Origin: Alphaproteobacteria bacterium
GTDB taxonomy: Bacteria > Pseudomonadota > Alphaproteobacteria > MPNO01 > UBA830
Reading direction: 5' to 3'
DNA: 64,000 nucleotides
Assembly: GCA_965214975.1 (NCBI GenBank)
Contig: OZ244055.1
Span: 3,239,448 to 3,303,447 of the forward strand
Of the stretch, positions 29,529 to 38,454 are shown in pieces. A program made the position numbers and the translations under genes. Each line of letters begins with the position of its first letter. The stretch's first letter is position 1. The notes beneath the pieces are model-generated. The model was not told the DNA's origin and did no database searches. It saw only the letters and a list, made by a program, of their open reading frames with translations.

Positions 29529-30605
29529 TCAGGCGGCCCGGCTCTCGGTGGCGATCGCTTCGGCGACCATGCGCCGGAGCGCGAGGCCGGGGCCGTCGAC
29601 GTTGATGTCCACCCAGTTCCGCGGATTGTGGGCATGGCGCTTGATGTTGGCCTGCTGGGCGGAGAGGATGTCGACGTCTTCCTGGAAGGCGCCGCGCAAC
29701 TCGACGCGGAACATCTCGTCCACCTCGGCGTCGTCGAGCGCGAAGTTCCTCGAATGGGCGTAGAAGTACCGGCAGCTGCGGTCGGTTTCCGGAGTGATGG
29801 CGTTGAGATTGTAGAACTCGAACCCCGTGCCGTTGCGCCCGCCGGGGCGACGGCCGATCGAGTCCGGATGATCGCCCGGCGACGCGCCGCAGCCGGCGGG
29901 CAGGCAGCCGACCCACACCGTGTTGCAGCTCGGAACCTGGCCCTCGGCGTACTGCCAGCGGTCGATGTTGTCCTCGAAGCCGCCGAATCTCGCGTAGAGC
30001 GGCGCGGGCGCCGAGTCCATGATCCACCGGATCATGCGCACCGTCCGGTCGCCTCGGGTGACGACGATCGGAAAATCGGGAACCGCTTCGGTTCCGATGT
30101 TGCGGATGTGGACGTAGGCGAGATGGCTGAGGTCGAGAAGGTTGTCGTTGAACAGCTCGTAATGGCAGGGGACATGGAACGGCGGGTCGCCCTTCACCAC
30201 CCGCCAGTCGGGGTGGTCCATGACCTTCCAGTCGGGCAGCAGCGATTCGTCCGCCAGTTCGGGGGTGCCCATCCACAGCCAGACGAGCTGGTGTTTCTCG
30301 AGCGCCGGCCAGGCATGCACCGTGGCGCCCGGCGGGATCCGGGCCTGGCCCGGAACGCGGATGCAGGCGCCGGAGGCGTCGAATCTCAGGCCGTGGTATC
30401 CGCATTCGATGACGTCGCCCTCGACCCGCCCCTGCGAGAGAGGCAGGTTGCGGTGGCAGCAGCGATCCTCGAGGGCGACCGCCCGGCCGGCGCCGTCGCG
30501 GAACAGGACGACGGGTTCGCCGAGCACGGTCCGCGCGAGTGGCGTCTCGTCGACCTCGTGGTTCCAGGCGGCCGCGTACCAAGCGTTTCTCAGGAATCCG
30601 TCCAT
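29529..30605 (-). CDS. Second VanA-like Rieske [2Fe-2S] oxygenase alpha subunit (paralog of the one at 26713..27735).
   Basis: 358 aa, MDGFLRNAWYAAAWNHEV...CCHRNLPLSQGRV...CGYHGLRF. The start was moved to the ATG at 30605; the track N-terminal extension is low-complexity. Confidence 0.85.
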   Translation of the reverse strand: MDGFLRNAWYAAAWNHEVDETPLARTVLGEPVVLFRDGAGRAVALEDRCCHRNLPLSQGRVEGDVIECGYHGLRFDASGACIRVPGQARIPPGATVHAWPALEKHQLVWLWMGTPELADESLLPDWKVMDHPDWRVVKGDPPFHVPCHYELFNDNLLDLSHLAYVHIRNIGTEAVPDFPIVVTRGDRTVRMIRWIMDSAPAPLYARFGGFEDNIDRWQYAEGQVPSCNTVWVGCLPAGCGASPGDHPDSIGRRPGGRNGTGFEFYNLNAITPETDRSCRYFYAHSRNFALDDAEVDEMFRVELRGAFQEDVDILSAQQANIKRHAHNPRNWVDINVDGPGLALRRMVAEAIATESRAA

Positions 30606-30891
30606 GGAGCCGCTCCGATCTCCGTCCGGCCGCAGGGTATCCGGCCGGCCGGGGCTTCGGCAACAGGTTCCGGAGCCGTCCGCCCGGCGGCCGGAACGGA
30701 AACCGGGCGGCTGGCGACCGGGATCGGCGTCGGGGCCCGTCCCGTGAAGCGCAGCTCCGCGGCCACTCGGGCCGGAAGACGGGTTGCGGGCGGCGGGCGG
30801 CTTCACTCGCCCCGGAAAGGCGCGCCGACGCCAGGTCGAGGGACGTCCCGGCCAGGGCCGGGACGTCTCCCGGTCCGCGCCCGCGCGCGGT

Positions 30892-31647
30892 TCACTGGTT
30901 GTGTCTGCCCCCGTCGACGTTGAAGGTCTGTCCGGTCACGAAATCGCTGTCCTCGCTCGCCAGGAACAGCAGCATCCCGATCAGGTCCTCCGGCACCATG
31001 TCCCGCTTGATGGCGCGGGCCTGCAGTGTCGGTGCGCGGGCGACATGAAGATCGGGGTGGTTCCGGACGCCTTCGCTCTCGGTCAGGCCGGGCGCGATGC
31101 AGTTCACCATGATGTTCTTGTCGCCGAACTCGCGCGAAGCGGAGCGCGTGAAAGCGATGACCGCGCCCTTCGAGCAGACGTAGTGAGCCAGGCCGGGTCC
31201 GCCATAGTAGAAGGTGCCGGAGCTGATGTTCACGATCTTGCCTCGTCCGTTCTTGAGCATGCTGGGGACGACGGCCTTGGTGGCCTGCAGCGTCCCGCGC
31301 ACGTTGACCGTCATCACCCGGTCCCAGTCCTCGTTCGAGATCTGCATGATCGGGGTGAACCTCAGCTCGGCGAAGAGCGCCGCGTTGTTGACCAGGATCT
31401 CGATCGGCCCGAACGCCGCTTCGGCGGCTCCGACGAGGTCGGAGAGCGACCCGTCATCGGTCACGTCGGCGATTCTTCCTATCGCCTCGCCGCCGGCGTT
31501 GCCGATCTCGTCGACCACGCGGGACGGATCGGCGACATCGGAAACCACGACCCGGGCGCCCTCGTCCGCAAGGGCCTTCGCGTAGGTCTCCCCGATGCCC
31601 TGGGCGGCACCGGTCACGACCGCGACCTTTCCATCAAGCCTGCTCAT
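30892..31647 (-). CDS. Short-chain dehydrogenase/reductase (SDR).
   Basis: 251 aa with TGAAQGIG, NNAA and the YxxxK catalytic motif (YVCSKGA). Confidence 0.9.
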   Translation of the reverse strand: MSRLDGKVAVVTGAAQGIGETYAKALADEGARVVVSDVADPSRVVDEIGNAGGEAIGRIADVTDDGSLSDLVGAAEAAFGPIEILVNNAALFAELRFTPIMQISNEDWDRVMTVNVRGTLQATKAVVPSMLKNGRGKIVNISSGTFYYGGPGLAHYVCSKGAVIAFTRSASREFGDKNIMVNCIAPGLTESEGVRNHPDLHVARAPTLQARAIKRDMVPEDLIGMLLFLASEDSDFVTGQTFNVDGGRHNQ

Positions 31648-31726
31648 TCTCTCTCTCCTTCGTTGTTGTTCCGGCCGTCCTGCCGCCCCGAAGCCCGGGA
31701 ACCGGGGTGAGGGCGGAGGCCGGCCG

Positions 31727-33085
31727 TCATGATCCCAACATCGTGTTGGGCAGGAACATCGCGATCTGCGGAAACGCGACCAGCAGGGCGATCATCGCCG
31801 CCATCGCGAACCAGAACGGCCAGATTCCCCTGAATATCGTGCGCATCGGCACCTCCGGCGCGATCGACTTCACGACGAAGACGTTGATGCCGACCGGCGG
31901 CGAGATCATGCCCATTTCCAGGACGATCACGACGATGATCCCGAACCAGATCAGATCCCACTGGAGCTGGGTCGCCAGCGCCATCACGACCGGGATGGTG
32001 AGGACGAGCATCGCGATGCCCTCCAGGAAGGTTCCGAGAAACATGTAGATCAGGATGACGACGACCAGCACGCCGACCTCGCCGATCGGGAGCGAGGTCA
32101 GGAAGGTCACCATGTCGCCGGCAAGCCCGGTCAGGGACATGAAGGGAATGAAGACGAACGCGCCGACGATGATCAGAAAGACGGTCGCCGTCGCCTTCAT
32201 GGTTTGCAGGACCACGGCGCGCAGCCGCCGGACGTCGAGCGAACGCCGCCAGAGCGCGACCAGGAACGTGAGAAGCGCGCCCACCGCGGACGCCTCGACG
32301 GGCGTGAAGAAGCCGGTGTACATCCCGCCGATCGTGATTCCGACCACCAGCACGATCGGGACCGCGGCGACGACCGAGCTGCGGCGCTCGCCGGGCGTCG
32401 CGGGGTTGCCGGCCGGCCCCTTCTCGGGGCGCAACCGGACGGTGATCCACACCGCGCCGATGAACAGCAGCGTGAGCACGATGCCCGGCACGATGCCGGC
32501 CATGAACAGCCGGCCGACCGACTGGTCGGTCAGCACCGCGTAGATGATCATCCCTCCCGACGGCGGGATCAGGAAGCCCAGCGTGCCGCCGGCCGCCACC
32601 GCGCCGGTCGAAAGCTCCGGCGCGTACCTGAACCGGTTCATCTCGGGCAGCGCGACGCGGCCCATCGTGACCGCGGAGGCCAGCGAGGATCCCGACAGCG
32701 CCGCGAACCCGGCGCAGGCCGAAATCGTCGCCGAGGCGAGGCCGCCGCGGAAGTGGCCGATCCAGCGGTGCGCCGCGGTGAAAAGGTCGCGCGACATGCC
32801 CGAGACGCCCGCGAGATTGCCCATCAGAACGAACATCGGGATGACCAGCAGGTTGAAGTTCGAGGCGACCTCGAACGCCTCGCCCGACAGGTTGGACATA
32901 GCCGTGTTCCAGCCCCGCGCCCAGGCCTGGTCGCCGGCCATGCCCAGGCCGATGAACCGGTTCGCCTGAGCGCAGAGCGTGCCGAACGTGCCGACGAGAA
33001 TCATCGCGAGCGCGACCGGGAACCGGAGCGCCAGGAGTCCGAACAGAACGAGCAGCCCGATCACTCCGATGAGCGACATGCTCAT
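31727..33085 (-). CDS. dctM: TRAP transporter large permease DctM.
   Basis: 452 aa polytopic permease (MSMSLIGVIGLLVLFG...). The start is coupled to the dctQ stop. The track fuses it to an upstream frame. Confidence 0.9.
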   Translation of the reverse strand: MSMSLIGVIGLLVLFGLLALRFPVALAMILVGTFGTLCAQANRFIGLGMAGDQAWARGWNTAMSNLSGEAFEVASNFNLLVIPMFVLMGNLAGVSGMSRDLFTAAHRWIGHFRGGLASATISACAGFAALSGSSLASAVTMGRVALPEMNRFRYAPELSTGAVAAGGTLGFLIPPSGGMIIYAVLTDQSVGRLFMAGIVPGIVLTLLFIGAVWITVRLRPEKGPAGNPATPGERRSSVVAAVPIVLVVGITIGGMYTGFFTPVEASAVGALLTFLVALWRRSLDVRRLRAVVLQTMKATATVFLIIVGAFVFIPFMSLTGLAGDMVTFLTSLPIGEVGVLVVVILIYMFLGTFLEGIAMLVLTIPVVMALATQLQWDLIWFGIIVVIVLEMGMISPPVGINVFVVKSIAPEVPMRTIFRGIWPFWFAMAAMIALLVAFPQIAMFLPNTMLGS

Positions 33086-33624
33086 CGCGCATTCCCGTCC
33101 GCCTCGGGCATCGGCGCGAGATCCCGATCGGCGAGCAACAGGACCAGATCGGCGATCAGGATCGCGACGTACAGCACGATCATCGCGCCCATGGCGTAGT
33201 AGAACGGCTCGTACGAGATCAGGAGCTGCTGCGTTGCCTCGCCGAATTCCCGGGCCGATGCGCCCGCCTTGAACAGCCGCCAGGCCAGGGCCGCGACCAG
33301 GGGGACGGCGAGCAGTTTCATCGCGGCCAGGGACCAGCGCGCGAAGGCCTTCGACATCCAGGTTTCGAAGATCTCGATCTCGATATGCGCGCCGACGCGG
33401 CCGCCATAGGGAATGGCGACCGCGACCAGGATGACGAGATTGAGCACCAGGATGTCCTCGGCGCCGACGATCGGGTCGTTGAGAACCTTGCGCATCACGA
33501 TGACGTTCCAGCTCGTCAGCAGGACCATGACCGCAAGTCCGATCCCGCCGACGAGGAACGTCAGCCGCTCTATCAGTCGATCGATCCGGCGCAGCCAGCC
33601 CGGCCGGGTGTCGCCGGCGCCCAC
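33082..33624 (-). CDS. dctQ: TRAP transporter small permease DctQ.
   Basis: About 180 aa (…LRRIDRLIERLTFLVGGIGLAVMVLLTSWNVIVMRKVLN…). It lies between dctP and dctM. The GTG start near 33624 is approximate. Confidence 0.65.
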   Translation of the reverse strand: MGAGDTRPGWLRRIDRLIERLTFLVGGIGLAVMVLLTSWNVIVMRKVLNDPIVGAEDILVLNLVILVAVAIPYGGRVGAHIEIEIFETWMSKAFARWSLAAMKLLAVPLVAALAWRLFKAGASAREFGEATQQLLISYEPFYYAMGAMIVLYVAILIADLVLLLADRDLAPMPEADGNAR

Positions 33625-33638
33625 GACGTCTGTGCTCT

Positions 33639-34670
33639 CTACCTGTTGATCGTCTCGTAGATCTCGCGCGCGTTCCCGATGCCGCGCTTTTCGTAGTCCG
33701 CGAACAGGATCTCGAGCCCGCGCTGGACCGCGGCATCCATCTTGGCCCGTTCCCCGGCGGACACCTGGATCCATTTGACCCGCGCCATCTTGGGCGATGT
33801 CCGCATGAGCTTCTCCGCGCCTCGGTCGGCGCCGTCGAAGGTCTTCGCGCCCCTGCGCGACATCGTCACGCCCGAGAGGTCGTCGATGATCTTGCGGTGT
33901 TCGCGCGACAGCCCCTGGTAGCGTTCCTTGTTCATCGCGACGAACGTGACCGCGAACTGGACCGGGACGTTGCCGACCACGAACTTGGCGACGTCCCAGA
34001 AGTTCCAGGGCTGGGTGATGTTGCTGAACGCGGAGTACGCTCCATCGATCGTGCCGGTCGAAAGGCCGGTGTACATCCGCGTCACCGGCATCTGCACCGG
34101 CACCGCTCCCATCGCCTTCACGATCGGGGTCGTCATCGCCGCGTAGGGAACGAGCTTCGCTCCGCGCAGGCCGTCCATGGTCGAGACGTTCCGGGTCGCG
34201 GCGATCAGGGCGCCGGCGACCGTGAACACGGCCATCGCCTTGACGGCCTTGTACTCCTGCGCGAGATGGCGGTCGTAGACTCTCCACAGCCGCTCGGTCG
34301 ACTCCGGGGCCGTCCTCGCCTTGCCCGGCGGGATGATCAGCATCGAGCGCGGGAACAGCGTGGCGGTGTAGGCCTGGATCCCGAAGGTGATGTCGGCCAC
34401 GCCCTCGACCACCCGCTTCCACTGCTGGACGGGCCCGGCGCCGAGCTGGCCGGCGGGGAAGAGCTTCATGGTCAGGCTGCCGTTGGAGCGCTTGGCGATC
34501 TCCTCGCCGAACCATCCGAACAGGTACTTGTTGATGTGGTGCTGCGGCGGCATGAACGTGGCGACGGACAGTTCCTCGGCCGCCGACGGAGAACTTGCCA
34601 GAAGCGGCGCGATGACGAGGAACGCCCTGGCGATCCGGCGGCGAGTAGCGCTGTTCGAAAACTGAGCCAT
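33639..34670 (-). CDS. dctP: TRAP transporter substrate-binding protein DctP (copy 1).
   Basis: 343 aa with a signal peptide (MAQFSNSATRRRIARAFLVIAPLLASSPSAAEE), DctP family. The ATG is at 34670. Confidence 0.9.
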   Translation of the reverse strand: MAQFSNSATRRRIARAFLVIAPLLASSPSAAEELSVATFMPPQHHINKYLFGWFGEEIAKRSNGSLTMKLFPAGQLGAGPVQQWKRVVEGVADITFGIQAYTATLFPRSMLIIPPGKARTAPESTERLWRVYDRHLAQEYKAVKAMAVFTVAGALIAATRNVSTMDGLRGAKLVPYAAMTTPIVKAMGAVPVQMPVTRMYTGLSTGTIDGAYSAFSNITQPWNFWDVAKFVVGNVPVQFAVTFVAMNKERYQGLSREHRKIIDDLSGVTMSRRGAKTFDGADRGAEKLMRTSPKMARVKWIQVSAGERAKMDAAVQRGLEILFADYEKRGIGNAREIYETINR

Positions 34671-34794
34671 GAATCTTCTCCCGATTTGCGGCCTGGAGTC
34701 GTTGCGTCCGCGATGGGCGACGGCGAGAACCGCTGTTTCGATCGCGGTTCGAAAGGCATCGTAGCGGAAACGGGAACAATGAAAATGACGAAAT

Positions 34795-34940
34795 GCCAAT
34801 ACGACATATAGATCCCGACTATACCCCGTGAGGCCGGGAACGTCCTGGCGTCGGGCGGCGGCCATCGGCATTCGCCGGTCGGAGTGGCGTGCCGGCGTGT
34901 CAGGTCGCGTGCCGGTTGCGCCGCTTCGGAAAAAGTCGGC
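34795..34940 (-). pseudogene. Remnant of the LysR regulator 3' end (last ~48 codons) carried along with the duplication.
   Basis: It translates to ...FSEAAQPARDLTRRHATPTGECRWPPPDARTFPASRGIVGIYMSY, versus the intact LysR C-terminus FSEAAQKVFNLIRQHIDKSLRSGEYRWLPPESKAFSASQHIGNAYMLY. The stop has been lost. Confidence 0.45.
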
Positions 34941-35039
34941 AGGCGTTTCGGATCGCGAGCACGACCCCTCGGGGCCGCGGGCGGTTCCGTCGCGACCGGG
35001 GTCACGATGCCGGGGACCGGGACGTCTTCCGCGTCGACG

Positions 35040-35200
35040 AGCGGGTTGCGGGAACCTTGGGAATCCCGATGACGTTCAGGCTCGTCGGCGGGACCATGAC
35101 CGCAAGTCATGTCCCGCCGACGAGGAACGTCAGCCGCTCCGTCGGCCGGTCGATCGGGCGCGGCCGGCCCGGCCGGGTGTCGCCGGCGGCGTCGGCGTTC
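35040..35200 (-). pseudogene. Remnant of the dctQ 5' end upstream of dctP copy 2.
   Basis: 35041-35160 matches 33481-33600 (dctQ N-terminal coding) with many substitutions. No intact ORF. Confidence 0.4.
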
Positions 35201-35201
35201 C

Positions 35202-36233
35202 CTACCTGTTGATCGTCTCGTAGATCTCGCGCGCGTTCCCGATGCCGCGCTTTTCGTAGTCCGCGAACAGGATCTCGAGCCCGCGCTGGACCGCGGCATC
35301 CATCCTGGCCCGCTCCCCGGCGGACACCTGGACCCATTTGACCCGCGCCATCTTGGGCGAGGTCCGCATGAGCTCCTCCGAGCGTCGATCGGCGCCGTCG
35401 AAGGCTTCGGCGCCCTTGCGCGACATGGTCACGCCCGAGAGGTCGTCGATGATCTTGCGGTGTTCGCGCGACAGCCCCTGGTAGCGTTCCCTGTTCATCG
35501 CGACGAACGTGACCGCGAACTGGACCGGGACGTTGCCGACCACGAACTTGGCGACGTCCCAGAAGTTCCATGGCTGGGTGATGTTGTTGAACGAGGAGTA
35601 GGCTGCATCGATGGTGCCGGTCGAAAGGCCGGTGTACATCTGCGTCACCGGCATCTGCACCGGCACCGCTCCCATCGCCTTCACGATCGGGGTCGTCATC
35701 GTCGCGTAGGGAACGAGCTTCGCTCCGCGCAGGCCGTCCAGGGTCGAGACGTTCCGGGTCGAGGCGATCAGGCTGCCAGCGACCGTGAACACGCCCATCG
35801 TCTTGACGGCCTTGTATTCCTGCGCGAGATGGCGGTCGTAGACTCTCCACAGCCGCTCGGTCGACTCCCGGGCCGTCCTCGCCTTGCCCGGCGGGATGAT
35901 CAGCATCGAGCGCGGGAACAGCGTGGCGGTGTAGGCCTGGATCCCGAAGGTGATGTCGGCCACGCCCTCGACCACCCGCTTCCACTGCTGGACGGGCCCG
36001 GCGCCGAGCTGGCCGGCGGGGAAGAGCTTCATGGTCAGGCTGCCGTTGGAGCGCTTGGCGATTTCCTCGCCGAACCATCCGAACAGGTTCTTGTTGATGT
36101 GGTGCTGCGGCGGCATGAACGTGGCGACGGACAGGTCCTCGGCTGCCGACGGGGAACTTGCCAGAAGCGGCGCGATGACCAGGAACGCCCTGGCGATCCG
36201 GCGGCGACTTGAGTTGTTCGACAGCTGAACCAT
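35202..36233 (-). CDS. dctP: TRAP transporter substrate-binding protein DctP (copy 2).
   Basis: 343 aa, MVQLSNNSSRRRIARAFLVIAPLLASSPSAAED..., roughly 95% identical to copy 1. The ATG is at 36233. Confidence 0.9.
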   Translation of the reverse strand: MVQLSNNSSRRRIARAFLVIAPLLASSPSAAEDLSVATFMPPQHHINKNLFGWFGEEIAKRSNGSLTMKLFPAGQLGAGPVQQWKRVVEGVADITFGIQAYTATLFPRSMLIIPPGKARTARESTERLWRVYDRHLAQEYKAVKTMGVFTVAGSLIASTRNVSTLDGLRGAKLVPYATMTTPIVKAMGAVPVQMPVTQMYTGLSTGTIDAAYSSFNNITQPWNFWDVAKFVVGNVPVQFAVTFVAMNRERYQGLSREHRKIIDDLSGVTMSRKGAEAFDGADRRSEELMRTSPKMARVKWVQVSAGERARMDAAVQRGLEILFADYEKRGIGNAREIYETINR

Positions 36234-36357
36234 GAATTCCTCCCGTTCTGCAGCGTGGAGTCGCTGCGTTTGCGATGACGGCGGCGACAAGCGCCGGTCC
36301 GAACGCGGTCCGAGAGGCATCGTCGACGGAAACGCGAACGATGAAAATGACGAAATT

Positions 36358-37320
36358 CTAATACAACATATAGGCATTGCCTATATGCTGGGAGGCCGAG
36401 AACGCCTTCGATTCGGGTGGCAGCCACCGGTACTCGCCCGATCTGAGCGACTTGTCGATGTGCTGCCGTATCAGGTTGAAGACTTTCTGCGCCGCTTCGG
36501 AAAAGGCCGGCACGGGTTTCGAGTTCAGGTAGAGCCGGCACCAGATGCTGGGCTTCTCGATGTCATGGCACCGCAGCTCGCCCTTCAGGATCTGGTTGTG
36601 CAGGAACAGGTACGGGCCGATGAAGCCCCGTTGTCCGTTGGCGACCAGTTCCTGGCGGAGCAGCATCGAGTGAATCTGAAGCGGCCTGGTCAGGGGAACG
36701 TCCAGCTCTTTCGCGGCGCGGGGCGCGATGCCGCATTTGTCGAAAACGAGCGGCAGGTTCGCGGCGACCTCGAAGGGAACGCTGTCCGGAAGATTCCCGA
36801 TGAGTTCCTGGCTTCCGATCAGGCACATCCGGTCAAGATAGAGGGGGAAGGATTCGAACCGTTCGTCCTCCATCGGCGCGAACGACAGGGCGCAGTCGAT
36901 CTCGTCGGCGACCAGGGCAAGCGACAGGTTCTCGGTGAACTCGACGAAAATCGAGATCTCGAGATCCGGGACGAGCGCTTCCGCGGCTTCCAGCACGGTC
37001 GACATCACGGCGATGCCGATCGACGGAATGACGCCGATTCTCAGAACCTGCCTCGGCGCGGTTCGCAGATGGTCGACCGATTGCCGGGCGATCTCGAGGC
37101 GCCGCAGCACGTCCCGAACGTGCGAGAGATAGATGGAGCCCGCTTCCGTCAGTTCCACGCCTCGCGAATGACGACGGAAAAGCCGGAGGCCGAACTCGTC
37201 CTCGAGCTTCTTGATCTGCACCCCCAGAGTCGGCTGGGAGACGTTCAAGGCCTCCGCCGCGGCGGTGAAGCTGCCGTGTTCGGCCACCTTGCGGAAATAG
37301 CGAAGCTGTCTCAATTCCAT
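36358..37320 (-). CDS. LysR-family transcriptional regulator.
   Basis: 320 aa from MELRQLRYFRKVAEHGSFTAAAEALNVSQPTLGVQIKKLE (helix-turn-helix) followed by a LysR substrate-binding domain. The start was moved to the ATG at 37320; the track starts 26 codons upstream. Confidence 0.85.
   Translation of the reverse strand: MELRQLRYFRKVAEHGSFTAAAEALNVSQPTLGVQIKKLEDEFGLRLFRRHSRGVELTEAGSIYLSHVRDVLRRLEIARQSVDHLRTAPRQVLRIGVIPSIGIAVMSTVLEAAEALVPDLEISIFVEFTENLSLALVADEIDCALSFAPMEDERFESFPLYLDRMCLIGSQELIGNLPDSVPFEVAANLPLVFDKCGIAPRAAKELDVPLTRPLQIHSMLLRQELVANGQRGFIGPYLFLHNQILKGELRCHDIEKPSIWCRLYLNSKPVPAFSEAAQKVFNLIRQHIDKSLRSGEYRWLPPESKAFSASQHIGNAYMLY
36367..36387. promoter_or_regulatory. Perfect 21-bp palindrome CATATAGGCA-T-TGCCTATATG overlapping the last codons of the LysR gene, upstream of dctP copy 2.
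   Basis: Two 10-bp arms that are exact reverse complements. The corresponding sequence in repeat copy A is degraded (catatagatcccgactatac). Confidence 0.3.
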
Positions 37321-37377
37321 CCGGCGGGATCCGTGGCTGTGCGCCGCCCGTGCGGGGCCGTCAAGGCTCGCGACAGC

Positions 37378-37396
37378 CGTGACTCCTGTCAACGGC
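37378..37396. promoter_or_regulatory. Inverted repeat CCGTGAC-tcct-GTCAaCGG (T-N11-A type) upstream of the LysR gene; candidate LysR autoregulatory site.
   Basis: It sits 58 bp upstream of the LysR start and fits the TGAC-N4-GTCA symmetry of LysR-type-regulator boxes. Confidence 0.25.
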
Positions 37397-37620
37397 AAGC
37401 CGGCGGCGCTCCGGGACTGTCCCGCGCTGGCCGGGCATCCGCTCCGGGCGGGCCGGAGCGGTCCCGTCCGTGCCGTCCCGGCGGTCTGCGGGCTCCGGGG
37501 GCGCCGCCATTCGGACGGCTCCGTCGCGTCGCCCGTCGGACCGGCCGTTGCCCGTGATCGTGTCGACCACCGTGACCGTCCTCCCTATAATGGCGGGGAA
37601 ACGAAACGGGAGCGTGGACG

Positions 37621-37869
37621 ATGCCGCGGTTTCATTCTCCGGATCTTGGCGCCAACCCGGACAGCCCTTTTGCTCGGGATGAGGCGGACAGGCTCGTCCG
37701 GCGGGATTTCTGGCTCGGGATGAGCGACCGGTCTGTGGTGCTGGCAATGACCCAGGGCATCGGCGCCGCGCTGACGGCCGGCGAGAAACGCGCCCATCTC
37801 GACGACATCGGCCGGTCTCACCTGACGGACGAGGTCTGCGTGCACGAGATCATCCCGCCGCAGCGATAA
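37621..37869 (+). CDS. Hypothetical small protein (82 aa).
   Basis: The ATG is preceded by GGGAG about 9 nt upstream. No recognisable family. It is convergent with the next small ORF. Confidence 0.3.
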   Translation: MPRFHSPDLGANPDSPFARDEADRLVRRDFWLGMSDRSVVLAMTQGIGAALTAGEKRAHLDDIGRSHLTDEVCVHEIIPPQR

Positions 37870-37889
37870 CGGCGGCGGCATGTGCCGGA

Positions 37890-38168
37890 CTACAGCCTGA
37901 AATCCACGCCGCCCGAGGATTCCGTGGTCGTCATGCGTTTCTTGAGATCCTCGATCTCGCCGCTCAACGCCTTGACGATCTTCGCGACATCCGCGTCGTT
38001 GTAGTCGTAGGCTTTCCGGTTGCCGAGCTTGGCAAGGCTCCGTATCGCCTTGATGGACTTGATGGTCCTCCTTTCGGCCAGCCTCACGAAATTGTCGCGT
38101 TTCGAGGCGGGCCCGGCCCTTCCGGCCTCGGCGGCGGGAGTGCCAAAGGCTGTTTCCGACATTTTCAC
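37890..38168 (-). CDS. Hypothetical small basic protein (about 90 aa) of lower GC than its surroundings.
   Basis: Starts GTG AAA ATG (GTG at 38168, or ATG at 38162). It is Lys/Arg-rich (…FVRLAERRTIKSIKAIRSLAKLGNRKAY…IEDLKKRM), uses AT-rich codons, and has an AT-rich upstream region at 38169-38340. Confidence 0.5.
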   Translation of the reverse strand: MKMSETAFGTPAAEAGRAGPASKRDNFVRLAERRTIKSIKAIRSLAKLGNRKAYDYNDADVAKIVKALSGEIEDLKKRMTTTESSGGVDFRL

Positions 38169-38454
38169 GGCTCCCTGGATGTCCTTTCCTTCGTGTCAAG
38201 CATGATTGGATTCGCGGGAACGTCAACCCAAAGCTCGGAAGAATGCGAGGATGTTTTCCTGTTTTTGAATTTTTCATGACTTCCCGCAAACCCGGTGAAC
38301 GAGGGAAGAGAAACGGGAAATTCCGGAAATTTTCTCTTGCATGCGATCCGGATTCGGAGTGTGGCCGCCGGTCCGGAACCGGGCGTTTCGGCGCGGGGAC
38401 CGTGCGAGCTTCCGGAAACGGTTTCCGCATCCCCTCCGTGCCGTTGCCCCGGAC

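Larger units (their letters stand above)
33480..34940. repeat. Copy A of a diverged tandem direct repeat of about 1.5 kb (dctQ 5' end - dctP - LysR 3' end).
   Basis: Nucleotide and protein similarity to 35040..36504. For example 33641-33720 matches 35204-35283, and DctP copies 1 and 2 differ at only a few residues. Flanking non-coding parts are more diverged. Confidence 0.7.
35040..36504. repeat. Copy B of the ~1.5-kb tandem direct repeat.
   Basis: See copy A. The offset between copies is 1563 bp. Confidence 0.7.
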
